From Candidatus Nomurabacteria bacterium (lineage in GTDB: Bacteria > Patescibacteriota > Patescibacteriia > HK-STAS-PATE-3), in the NCBI GenBank assembly GCA_023898465.1, contig CP060223.1, positions 576,001-640,000 on the forward strand: 64,000 nucleotides of DNA. Reading direction: 5' to 3'. The position numbers and the translations under genes are program-made. The notes under the pieces are model-generated. The model ran no database searches. It was not told the origin of the DNA and saw only the letters and a program-made list of their open reading frames with translations. Each line of letters begins with the position of its first letter. The first letter of the stretch is position 1. Of the stretch, positions 8,579-17,186 are shown one piece after another.

Positions 8579-10336
8579 TTACTCCCCAACTACACTCGGC
8601 GGAACTTCGAAGTAATTCAAGAGGAACTTCGCAATATCGCCGAATAAAGGCGCAGCAGTGCTCTCGGCAAATTTCACGTCCTTAGGATCCACAATCTTGG
8701 TCACCATGACAAACTTCGGGTCCTCGACCGGACCGAAACCGGCGAAGGAGCCAATGGTGCGATTAGGATCATAGCCCGGACCGTCAGTGCGTGGAATCTG
8801 CGCCGTACCTGTTTTACCGGCAATGTAATATCCTGGCACAGCCGCTCTCGTACCGTGACCATTCTTCACTACATTTACGAGCATGGCTGATACTGTGGTT
8901 GAGGTTTTTGGATCCAACACTTGTCGTACAGCTGTGGGGTGAGTTTTCACATGGAAGTCATTTGGCTTCACAATTTCATCAACGATGTATGGTTTATACA
9001 AAGTTCCCCCATTTGCAATAGCTGCATAGGCCGCGGCCAGCTGCAAAGGCGTGGCGGTGATACCTTGACCAAAAGAAGCGGTGTCAACGTAAATGTCACG
9101 TCCGCTGGCCAGCTCTCCGAGATTACCAGCCGACTCATTACCAAGCTCAACACCAGTCTGCTCACCAAAACCAAAGCGCTTCACATAGTCATAAAAAACG
9201 TCGTTCCCGGCCTGTTGCGCAGCAAAAATTGCTCCGGTGTTTAGAGATTTTTCCAACACCTCGGTCATTGTTTGCGTACCGTATGTTTTATCGTCGGAAT
9301 TCCGAATCGTGAAGCCGCCAACCTCTACACTTCCTTCATCAACATAAGTGGTTTCCGGTGTAACCTTGCCAGTATCAACCGCGGTCGCCATGGTAATGGG
9401 CTTGAAAATCGATCCAGGCTCATAAGGACTAATGGCCGGATTAAGAAAAACATCCAAGTCAGTCACCTCGTTGTAATGATTCGGATCAAAGTCAGGATAA
9501 CCGCACATGGCCAATATGGCACCGCTATCTGGATCAAGTATAACCACCGCCCCACTCTCAGCCCCGTGCTTCAGTACGGCTTCTTGAAGCTTCGTGCACA
9601 CAGTGTATTCCAGGGTACGGTCAATGGTAAGGATGAGATCATCACCATCTTTAGCATCTTGGATAAATCGATCGCCGACGGTAATCCAACGACCGGCCGC
9701 GTCGCGCTCAGCTTGCAAATAACCCTGTTGACCAGCCAGCTCTTCATCAAAATAACCTTCCAGTCCATACTGTCCTTTTTTCACATCCTCTGACATGCCA
9801 AGGAAACCAAGGATTTGGCTGGCCAGACTTCCCTCTGGATAAAGGCGTCCCTTTTCACTAATGAAAGAGATGCCATCAATCTCTAATGCCTCAATTTTTT
9901 CTTTGGTAGCAACGCTTATATTATGCTCAATCGGTTCATAGACATCGTCGCTTTTTGATAATCGAGCAAGTAATGTTTCTTTATCAAGCGTGATGAAACT
10001 TTCAAGCTTTTCGGTCACATCCTCCGGATCTTCAATTCGCTTTGGCACAGCATATACTAGGAAGCGTTCCTCATTGGTAGCCAGTGGAAAAAGCTGCCCA
10101 TCTGAATAGCGATCGTGCGCGTAAATTTCTCCACGATCTGGTAAAAGCCGTTGCTCAATTTCGTGCTGACCAGAGGCCAGCGCTTCGTAGAACCCGTGCG
10201 CTAAAACCTGCAGCGTGAATAGACGAACTACTAAAATACTCGAAAAGCCAAATAACAAAATAAGCAGCACGGTGAGACGATCAAGTCGCCATCTTGGCTG
10301 CTGTTGTCGTGGTCGATTGCGTCCGTACCGCGTCAT
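8579..10336 (-). CDS. ftsI: Penicillin-binding protein 2/FtsI-like class B transpeptidase
   Basis: N-terminal TM anchor. Transpeptidase motifs SIFKP (SxxK), SLN and KTG(T). 585 aa. Located downstream of ftsL. Confidence 0.85.
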   Translation of the reverse strand: MTRYGRNRPRQQQPRWRLDRLTVLLILLFGFSSILVVRLFTLQVLAHGFYEALASGQHEIEQRLLPDRGEIYAHDRYSDGQLFPLATNEERFLVYAVPKRIEDPEDVTEKLESFITLDKETLLARLSKSDDVYEPIEHNISVATKEKIEALEIDGISFISEKGRLYPEGSLASQILGFLGMSEDVKKGQYGLEGYFDEELAGQQGYLQAERDAAGRWITVGDRFIQDAKDGDDLILTIDRTLEYTVCTKLQEAVLKHGAESGAVVILDPDSGAILAMCGYPDFDPNHYNEVTDLDVFLNPAISPYEPGSIFKPITMATAVDTGKVTPETTYVDEGSVEVGGFTIRNSDDKTYGTQTMTEVLEKSLNTGAIFAAQQAGNDVFYDYVKRFGFGEQTGVELGNESAGNLGELASGRDIYVDTASFGQGITATPLQLAAAYAAIANGGTLYKPYIVDEIVKPNDFHVKTHPTAVRQVLDPKTSTTVSAMLVNVVKNGHGTRAAVPGYYIAGKTGTAQIPRTDGPGYDPNRTIGSFAGFGPVEDPKFVMVTKIVDPKDVKFAESTAAPLFGDIAKFLLNYFEVPPSVVGE

Positions 10337-10348
10337 AGCACCTAGGCT

Positions 10349-10708
10349 TTAACGACGGGCAAAGGCGGAATCGGTCGGACTAAGATATTCAATATGCGCC
10401 ACTTCGGTTAAGCCGAGCTGGCCACTTGCTTCCTGGACTGCACTCAGAGATTGCAGCTCAGTCGCCTCTACTTCCAGGCGACGATTTTCTTTACGCAACT
10501 CATCTACTCGATTTTCCAGCGTCTTGATTTCGAAACCAGTTGTCGCCACATTGTTAATCAACGCTAAATAGGCTCCCCCACCAATCACTGCGAGCGTCAC
10601 CGTTAACACGGTAATTGCAGTGAGGCGCAGCTTCAATGTACGAAGCAGCGTACCTGCTAAGCGTTGAGAAATGGTGCTTTGTTGAGTTGTGCGATCGTAA
10701 TAGGTCAT
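10349..10708 (-). CDS. ftsL: Cell division protein FtsL-like (small bitopic coiled-coil protein)
   Basis: 119 aa, single TM (LTAITVLTVTLAVIGGGAYLALI) followed by coiled coil (RVDELRKENRRLEVEATELQ). Position between rsmH and ftsI. Confidence 0.65.
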   Translation of the reverse strand: MTYYDRTTQQSTISQRLAGTLLRTLKLRLTAITVLTVTLAVIGGGAYLALINNVATTGFEIKTLENRVDELRKENRRLEVEATELQSLSAVQEASGQLGLTEVAHIEYLSPTDSAFARR

Positions 10709-11658
10709 TGGATTTTTTCTGCTACTCGGAGTTTAGCGCTCCTGGAACGTGAATTGTGCGCAATCTCATCCTGACCCGGCACGACTGGTTTCTTGGTCAG
10801 CACCTGCAATGAAGCATGGTGATTGCACGTGCAGACCGGTTGTTGGGCAGGACAGATGCAGTCTGTTGATTCGCGCCGGAAGAAACGCTTCACGATCCTA
10901 TCCTCTAGCGAGTGATAACTGAGGACCGCGATGCGACCGCCGGGTTGAAGCAAGTGAACTACTTCTGGTAAAACGCGCGCGAGGACGTCGAGCTCGTCAT
11001 TGACTTTAATGCGAAGCGCTTGGAAGACTTGCGTCGCAGGGTGAATGCGCGATCGCCCTCGCTTGGGTTTTACCTTATCTATACAGGCGACAAGTTGTGG
11101 AATGTGCGTGAAGGGATTTTTTTGACGCTCGGTAACGATTGCTCGAGCAATGCGACCAGCTGCTGACTCTTCCCCGTACTCTTTGAATATTTTTTTTAGC
11201 TCTTGCTCAGATGCGGTATTGAGGATATCGGCAGCCGTTGCTTGTGCGCTGGTCGGATCAAAGCGGAAATCGAGAGGCGCGGAACTTAGAAAGGAAAATC
11301 TTGATGCGAGAGCTTCGATTGCCAGTGAAGAGAGACCAAGGTCCAATAGAACACCGCGTAGTTGAATATCTGGGAATTGTTCATGGATGCGCTGTGCTGC
11401 GTGAACAAAATTATCATGCAGGAGATGAGTGCGCTGGCTATACTTCTGTAAACGCGCCTTGGCTATATCCAGTGTGACTGGATCCGCCTCTACTCCAATG
11501 AGTATTCCCTTTGGAGCTGTGCGCTCAAGCATTGCTTCAGCGTGCCCTCCCCCACCTAGAGTCAGATCAAGCACCGTATCGCCTGAACCTAGGTTGAGGA
11601 GCGCTAATGTTTCGTTGAGAAGAACAGGAATGTGTCCGCGGCCGGATTGGGCAGGCAT
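10705..11658 (-). CDS. rsmH: 16S rRNA (cytosine1402-N4)-methyltransferase RsmH (MraW)
   Basis: HIPVLLNETL, DLTLGGGGHAEAML SAM-binding motif. Start set at the internal Met (MPAQSGRGHIPVLL) so it abuts the mraZ stop. The annotated longer ORF would overlap mraZ by about 85 nt. Confidence 0.85.
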   Translation of the reverse strand: MPAQSGRGHIPVLLNETLALLNLGSGDTVLDLTLGGGGHAEAMLERTAPKGILIGVEADPVTLDIAKARLQKYSQRTHLLHDNFVHAAQRIHEQFPDIQLRGVLLDLGLSSLAIEALASRFSFLSSAPLDFRFDPTSAQATAADILNTASEQELKKIFKEYGEESAAGRIARAIVTERQKNPFTHIPQLVACIDKVKPKRGRSRIHPATQVFQALRIKVNDELDVLARVLPEVVHLLQPGGRIAVLSYHSLEDRIVKRFFRRESTDCICPAQQPVCTCNHHASLQVLTKKPVVPGQDEIAHNSRSRSAKLRVAEKIQ

Positions 11659-11659
11659 C

Positions 11660-12103
11660 TTAGACACCGATTTCACCAAGCGCCTCGGCAATATCACCGC
11701 TGGACTTCTCGGTTTTGGTCTTATAAGCGGCCCAAGCAGTTTCATCCCAGAGTTCCAGGCGGTTGTACAAGCCAGCTACCACTACCTTCTTCTTCATAGT
11801 GGCGTACTTGCGCAAGTAATCAGGCAACATGATGCGCCCCTGCTTATCAATCTCCACATCCATGGCCCCAGCCAGCATTAAGCGTGAAAAAGCGCGGGTG
11901 TTTGCTTGAGCAATTGGCAAATTCGCTAACTTGTCAGCTAACTTCTCCCACTCTTGTTGTGGATACAAGAAAAGACAGTTGTCCAAGCCTCGGGTGACGA
12001 CTGCCCCTTTGCTGAGTGCTTCACGGAATTTTCGAGGTACTGCGAGGCGACCTTTTTCATCAATCGCGTGGTAGTACTCTCCGATAAACATGCTGGTGGT
12101 CAT
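11660..12103 (-). CDS. mraZ: Transcriptional regulator MraZ
   Basis: Tandem MraZ repeats. N-terminus MFIGEYYHAIDEKGRLAVPRKFRE (DxxGR motif). First gene of the dcw cluster. Confidence 0.85.
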   Translation of the reverse strand: MTTSMFIGEYYHAIDEKGRLAVPRKFREALSKGAVVTRGLDNCLFLYPQQEWEKLADKLANLPIAQANTRAFSRLMLAGAMDVEIDKQGRIMLPDYLRKYATMKKKVVVAGLYNRLELWDETAWAAYKTKTEKSSGDIAEALGEIGV

Positions 12104-12119
12104 TTCTGGCTTTTTTCGT

Positions 12120-12303
12120 TATCCACATTAGGGAAGGGTTATCCCCACATTTATCCACTTCTCACCCTTCTTTAACCATTTTACCCCACTTCCTGGTTTT
12201 CGTCAACCACTTTAAAAACCACAAGAATTAGGCGTATTGGTCAAGAAAATGGTGAAATAGCACAATTTCAAGAAATAACGTTACACTTAGGCACTTCCCC
12301 ACT
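12120..12303 (-). promoter_or_regulatory. mraZ leader with GTGG(G) direct repeats (putative MraZ boxes), also matching the DnaA-box consensus TTATCCACA, plus a TTGACG-17-TAAAAT promoter
   Basis: Plus-strand TTATCCACA at 12120-12128, TTATCCCCACA at 12140-12150, TTATCCACT at 12152-12160, CCCCACT at 12184-12190 and 12297-12303. On the mraZ strand these read (A/T)GTGG(G)GATAA. The promoter (reverse complement) is gtggTTGACGaaaaccaggaagtggggTAAAAT. Confidence 0.45.
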
Positions 12304-12421
12304 TCGACCTCAGGAAGATGTACGTCAAAAATGACAAACTTGACCTTTTGCTGAGCCTTTGTAAACTGCCGACACTAAGGAATTCTTTGCACTTTCACAA
12401 TCTACTAGGAGGAGAGCGACA

Positions 12422-14323
12422 ATGTGCGGGATTATTGGGTACACGGGAAGCCGGTCGGCTCTCCCCCTCTTGTTTGAAGGGATTGAAAGTCTGCAACACC
12501 GGGGTTACGACTCTGGTGGGGTGGGACTACAAACAGACAGCAGCTTGACCCTGATTCGAGCTCTGGGAAAGCCTGAAAACCTCAGCAGTAAGCTGGAGGA
12601 AAGAGGGCACTGGAACCCTCAGAGTCCTGCGATGCGGTCACGCTGTGGCATCGGCCACACACGTTGGGCTACGCACGGTGAACCATCGGTCGTCAACGCA
12701 CATCCACACGCGTCGCGGGATGGCCACTATGCAGTGGTGCACAATGGGACAATCGACAACTTGGAAGCGATCCGAAAACAACTGTTAACCTGGCTGCCTG
12801 GCTTGGAGCTTTTCTCCGAAACTGATACCGAGCTACTCGCTCATATGGTCATGTACTTTGTTGATAAAGAACATGATCTGATCAGAGCAGTCCAGCTCAC
12901 CGGGTGCCTGATTGAGGGGGCAAACGCCTTCGCGGTCATATCAAGCAGAAACCCTGGATGTATTGCGGCCTTCCGTCGCGGTAGCCCGCTCTTGTTTGCT
13001 AAACTCGAGCACGGCTATCTCTTGGCTTCTGACCAGGCTGCTATCCTTCCTCACAGTTCCAGCTACAGCTGGCTCGAGGATGGTGATGTCCTCTTCTTGA
13101 GTCCGGATGAAGATCCGCGAGTTCTGGATGCTGACGACTACGATGTGGTACGGGAAAGCATCAATATCGAGGAGAGCATGCGCCAGAGTAGTCGAGGAGA
13201 TCACCCTCACTTCATGCTCGCCGAGATCATGGGACAACCCGTAACGATTCAACGGACCATCGAGGGACGAATTCAAGACGGAGGAAAGCCGCTGATCAGG
13301 CTCGGCGGCATGATCGACATCCGTGAATGGGTAGGACATGATCTGTCTGAGATACTTTTGACAGGATGTGGCACGTCCTGGTTTGCAGCTCAAGTGGGAA
13401 AGCGATGGCTAAACCAGCTCGGCTTCCGGGCTGAGGCACCCCTAGCTTCGGAGCTCTTCCGAAGCTTCCAGGGTGTTGATCGAGGCACGCTAGTCATCCC
13501 CTTCTCACAGTCCGGAGAAACCCATGACACCAATCAAGCGGTCAAGTGGGTCAAGGAGCGGGACGCGAAAGTCTGGAGTATCTGCAACGTGGTTGGATCA
13601 GCACTTACTCGCATGAGTAATGCTGGTATGTACCTGAGAGTTGGCCAGGAGACCGGAGTGGCCTCCACTAAGGCCTTCACCAGCCAAGTCGTCGCAGCGA
13701 CTTTGACCGGGCTAGCGCTCGTCCAAGAACGCGAGCCCGACAGACTTCACACTCCTGAGATCAAGGCTGTGATTCAGGCGATTCTGGATTTGCCTCGGCA
13801 GATTCAGAACGTGCTTGATCAAGCAGCGAAGATCCGAGAAGTTGCTGAATCCATTGCATCAAGCACCGGGGCCTACTTCCTGGGTACTGGCTATAGTCTT
13901 TGCGCAGCACGTGAAGGCGCTCTCAAGCTCAAGGAGATTTCCTATATTCATGCCGAGGCCTATCCGGTCGCGGAAATGAAACACGGGCCCATCGCCTTGA
14001 TCGACGAGAACATGCCAGTGATCTTCGTGGCCGTGGATGAAGGAGGACCCAAAGAATGGGCCCAGAGCCTTGGAAGCAACATCAGCGAGGTTCGTGCTCG
14101 AAAGGGCCAGATCATCGTGATTGCGGAAGAGGACTCCGAGCTCGCTGGCACAATTCTCAGTGAGGGCTCTGGTCAGGTACTGTACACTCCCAAGACCGTT
14201 GGTGTACTCACGCCTGTGCTGAGTGCCGTCGTCATGCAGCTCCTGGCCTACTACGCTGCAGCTGAGTTGGGACGCGAGATCGATCAACCTCGCAACTTGG
14301 CCAAAGTGGTCACCGTAGCCTAA
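12422..14323 (+). CDS. glmS: Glutamine--fructose-6-phosphate aminotransferase (isomerising)
   Basis: MCGIIGY (catalytic Cys2). Two SIS domains. 633 aa. RBS AGGAGG upstream. Confidence 0.92.
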   Translation: MCGIIGYTGSRSALPLLFEGIESLQHRGYDSGGVGLQTDSSLTLIRALGKPENLSSKLEERGHWNPQSPAMRSRCGIGHTRWATHGEPSVVNAHPHASRDGHYAVVHNGTIDNLEAIRKQLLTWLPGLELFSETDTELLAHMVMYFVDKEHDLIRAVQLTGCLIEGANAFAVISSRNPGCIAAFRRGSPLLFAKLEHGYLLASDQAAILPHSSSYSWLEDGDVLFLSPDEDPRVLDADDYDVVRESINIEESMRQSSRGDHPHFMLAEIMGQPVTIQRTIEGRIQDGGKPLIRLGGMIDIREWVGHDLSEILLTGCGTSWFAAQVGKRWLNQLGFRAEAPLASELFRSFQGVDRGTLVIPFSQSGETHDTNQAVKWVKERDAKVWSICNVVGSALTRMSNAGMYLRVGQETGVASTKAFTSQVVAATLTGLALVQEREPDRLHTPEIKAVIQAILDLPRQIQNVLDQAAKIREVAESIASSTGAYFLGTGYSLCAAREGALKLKEISYIHAEAYPVAEMKHGPIALIDENMPVIFVAVDEGGPKEWAQSLGSNISEVRARKGQIIVIAEEDSELAGTILSEGSGQVLYTPKTVGVLTPVLSAVVMQLLAYYAAAELGREIDQPRNLAKVVTVA

Positions 14324-14341
14324 ACATCGCACCTTAACCTG

Positions 14342-14383
14342 GCCCGCTTCGAGTAAAATCGAGAAGCGGGCTTTACTTTTTTA
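14342..14383 (+). terminator. Intrinsic terminator after glmS
   Basis: GCCCGCTTCGAGTAAAATCGAGAAGCGGGC hairpin followed by TTTACTTTTTTAT. Confidence 0.7.
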
Positions 14384-14484
14384 TAAAGCAGACGTAGTTT
14401 TTACATAGACATCCATGCTTGAAGGTATATTTTAGTGTTAATAATTTTGCTTACTAGCGCCTCACTTAGACCATTGCCACGTGT

Positions 14485-15651
14485 ATGAAAAAACTCATTC
14501 TCATAGTCACCCTCTTCGGCCTTATCCTCCCTTTTGCCATCCAAGCCCAAGATCAAGCTGATGCTATACCTGATCAAGTGATTAATGTAGCAGAAGATGA
14601 ACTATTTCAAGCAAAGGTCATACAAATATTGGATGCGCGAGAAGTTGACTCCCCTGACGGTGAGACCTACCAACAGCAAAATTTACTTCTCGAGGGCACC
14701 AAAGGAGAATGGAAAGGTAAACAAGTAACGATTGAGGGAATTTCTGATATCCAAATTGTGAATAGTCTCATTTTTAAAAAAGGAGATCAGGTTATTGTTG
14801 CGGCCAGTCCTAGTCCTGATGGTGAAGTGCGATATTACCTGGTTGATGCGGTTCGCAGTCCTTCACTGACCTGGTTAACCATCCTTTTTGTAATTATCGT
14901 GCTCATTATCGGAAAATGGAAAGGACTGCGTGCGCTCATAGTGCTGGGATTAAGTGCAGCGGTGATTCTCTGGTACATTGTGCCGCAGATATTAAAAGGA
15001 GCTGATCCCCTGGTAATCAGTGTTGTTGGTGGTGCAGTAATTATGGCTTTAGCAATTTTCTTCACTGAAGGTTATAACCGGCACGCTCGCCTAGCTTACT
15101 TCAGCATTCTCATCCTACTGGCGATTCTTTTACTCTTATCAAAATTCTTTACTCTGGCCGCTCATCTCACCGGATTAGCAAGTGAAGAAGCAATTTTTAT
15201 CAGCGCGCTACAGGGTGGGATAAATGTAGAGGGCCTCTTACTCGCTGGAATGATTATCGGTACCCTTGGTGCACTGGATGACGTTATCCTCAATCAAATT
15301 GCTGTAGTGGATGAATTACGCGAAAGTAATCCGGAACTCAGCACAAAAGAGTTGCACAAAAAAGCCATGCGCGTTGGCACGACCCATATCTCATCAATTG
15401 TAAACACGCTCTTCCTGGCCTATGCTGGCGCCTCACTCCCCCTCCTTGTGCTCTTCTCAGTGCATGAAGCACCTTTTCTCTCTTTCAGCGATGTTATCAA
15501 CAGTGAAGTCATCGCAACAGAGATCGTGCGTACTTTAGTGGGTAGTATAGTGCTTGTCTTAGCTGTTCCGCTAGCCACCTTCTTAGCAGTGCGCTTCTAT
15601 GACAAAACGCATCCAACGCATGGACAAGAAGCTAATGCTGAGGCAAGATAA
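14485..15651 (+). CDS. YibE/F-like polytopic membrane protein with N-terminal signal peptide and extracytoplasmic domain
   Basis: Signal peptide MKKLILIVTLFGLILPFAIQA, a roughly 100 aa soluble domain, then about 8 TM helices. Architecture fits the YibE/F family. Confidence 0.45.
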   Translation: MKKLILIVTLFGLILPFAIQAQDQADAIPDQVINVAEDELFQAKVIQILDAREVDSPDGETYQQQNLLLEGTKGEWKGKQVTIEGISDIQIVNSLIFKKGDQVIVAASPSPDGEVRYYLVDAVRSPSLTWLTILFVIIVLIIGKWKGLRALIVLGLSAAVILWYIVPQILKGADPLVISVVGGAVIMALAIFFTEGYNRHARLAYFSILILLAILLLLSKFFTLAAHLTGLASEEAIFISALQGGINVEGLLLAGMIIGTLGALDDVILNQIAVVDELRESNPELSTKELHKKAMRVGTTHISSIVNTLFLAYAGASLPLLVLFSVHEAPFLSFSDVINSEVIATEIVRTLVGSIVLVLAVPLATFLAVRFYDKTHPTHGQEANAEAR

Positions 15652-15675
15652 AGACGTTTATAAATATTCAACTCT

Positions 15676-15939
15676 ATGGATAAAACCTACAAAAACTGTC
15701 AAAGCTGCTCAATGCCCCTCAAAAGCGATAAAAACGGTGGCGGCACCAACGCTGATGGATCGAAAAGTACTATGTACTGCAGCTTATGCTATCAAAATGG
15801 CCAATTTGTAAACCCGGACTGGACTGCGCAGCAAATGCAGGACTTTGTAAAAGGAAAAATGAAGGAAATGGGTTTCCCAGGCTTCATGGCCGGATTTTTC
15901 ACTCGCGGCATACCAAAGTTAGAACGCTGGAAGCAGTAA
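15676..15939 (+). CDS. Putative zinc-ribbon domain protein
   Basis: CQSC...17...CSLC Cys4 arrangement then conserved-looking tail MQDFVKGKMKEMGFPGFMAGFF. 87 aa. Confidence 0.5.
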   Translation: MDKTYKNCQSCSMPLKSDKNGGGTNADGSKSTMYCSLCYQNGQFVNPDWTAQQMQDFVKGKMKEMGFPGFMAGFFTRGIPKLERWKQ

Positions 15940-15955
15940 TAAGTTCACTAAGGAT

Positions 15956-17053
15956 ATGACTGCATACACGAAAAAACGCATACTCCTCATTTTAACCGGC
16001 GGCACGATTGCTGGAAATGTAGCGAGTAATGAAATTACCAAGCAAGAGAAATCTCAACCAGACAGCTTCCTGTCAATTTTGAAAGACTCCACTGAAATCG
16101 TCAAACGAAATTGGAGTATTGAGATTGAAGCCAGCACCAAGGAACTGTTTAATGTTGATAGCTCTGATATGCTACCGGCCAACTGGTCCGCTATGGCTGA
16201 GACTATTGCTGAAAACTACGACGAGTATGATGCCTTTATTATCCTCCACGGTACAAATACTATGGGCTATACTGGCGCCGCCCTGTCATTTGCATTGGAG
16301 AATGTGAACAAACCGGTTATTTTAACGGGTGCACAGGTTCCACTGGGTTACCTGGGCTCGGACGCAACTACCAACTTAGTAAACTCACTTCGTTTAGCAG
16401 TCTGGGGCTATCACCCGATCAAAGGGGTGATGGCTGTATTTGGTAGTAAAATTATTGCCGGTACGCGAATTAAAAAAGGCACGGATTTTGACTACGATCC
16501 CTATAGCTCCTTTATTGCCGGAGCCCTAGGGCAGATTGGTCGATTCATTCGCATTAACGATGCGGCGCTTGATAAATATATTAGCTACTTGTCAAAAAGT
16601 AAGCCTCTGGCAATTCAAGCCCGGGTGCTTAGTGTGAAAAAGGACTTTGACACAAAGAGCATTGCCTCGCTTACTGAATTTCCCGGAATGTCACCTGACA
16701 TCTTCCAGACCCTGGTTGAGCAAAATGGCATTAAGGCTTTTGTGTTCCGGGCTTTTGGGGCTGGTGATGCCAGTCAGCATCTCTTCAAAGGCTTTGAGTA
16801 TTTGAAAGAAAAGCAAATTCCAATCGTGGTTACCTCTCAAGCCCCGCAAGGTGTGGCTAGTTTCCAGGTAAACGAATCTGGAAAACAACTCAAGGACCGA
16901 GATCTGGCTATCCCCGCCTATGATATGAGCATTGAGTCCATCACAACAAAGTTGGCTTGGCTCTTAGCGCAGGGTATAAGCTACGAACAGATCAAATCTA
17001 AGATGCTCGAAGACCTCCACGGCGAGATCAATATCGAGAACGAATTACTCTAA
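15956..17053 (+). CDS. ansA: L-asparaginase (type I, cytoplasmic-like)
   Basis: ILLILTGGTIAG (catalytic Thr motif), ILHGTNTMGYTGAALSF, KPVILTGAQ. Confidence 0.8.
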   Translation: MTAYTKKRILLILTGGTIAGNVASNEITKQEKSQPDSFLSILKDSTEIVKRNWSIEIEASTKELFNVDSSDMLPANWSAMAETIAENYDEYDAFIILHGTNTMGYTGAALSFALENVNKPVILTGAQVPLGYLGSDATTNLVNSLRLAVWGYHPIKGVMAVFGSKIIAGTRIKKGTDFDYDPYSSFIAGALGQIGRFIRINDAALDKYISYLSKSKPLAIQARVLSVKKDFDTKSIASLTEFPGMSPDIFQTLVEQNGIKAFVFRAFGAGDASQHLFKGFEYLKEKQIPIVVTSQAPQGVASFQVNESGKQLKDRDLAIPAYDMSIESITTKLAWLLAQGISYEQIKSKMLEDLHGEINIENELL

Positions 17054-17186
17054 TAGCAAAATTCGTTAGCACCTCCCCTTTCGCTGCTTTTTCATAACTC
17101 CGCGAAGTAGCACCTTCACGGAAGTTTACCCACATCCTGAACGCGGTAGCTCAGGAAGTTGTTAGCAATGTACCGCTTTACACATT

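Noticed and set aside
11660-11745. Annotated 85-nt overlap of rsmH with mraZ
   Set aside because: It is resolved by using the internal Met (MPAQSGRGHIPVLL), which aligns with the start of the RsmH fold, so the long overlap is an ORF-caller artefact.
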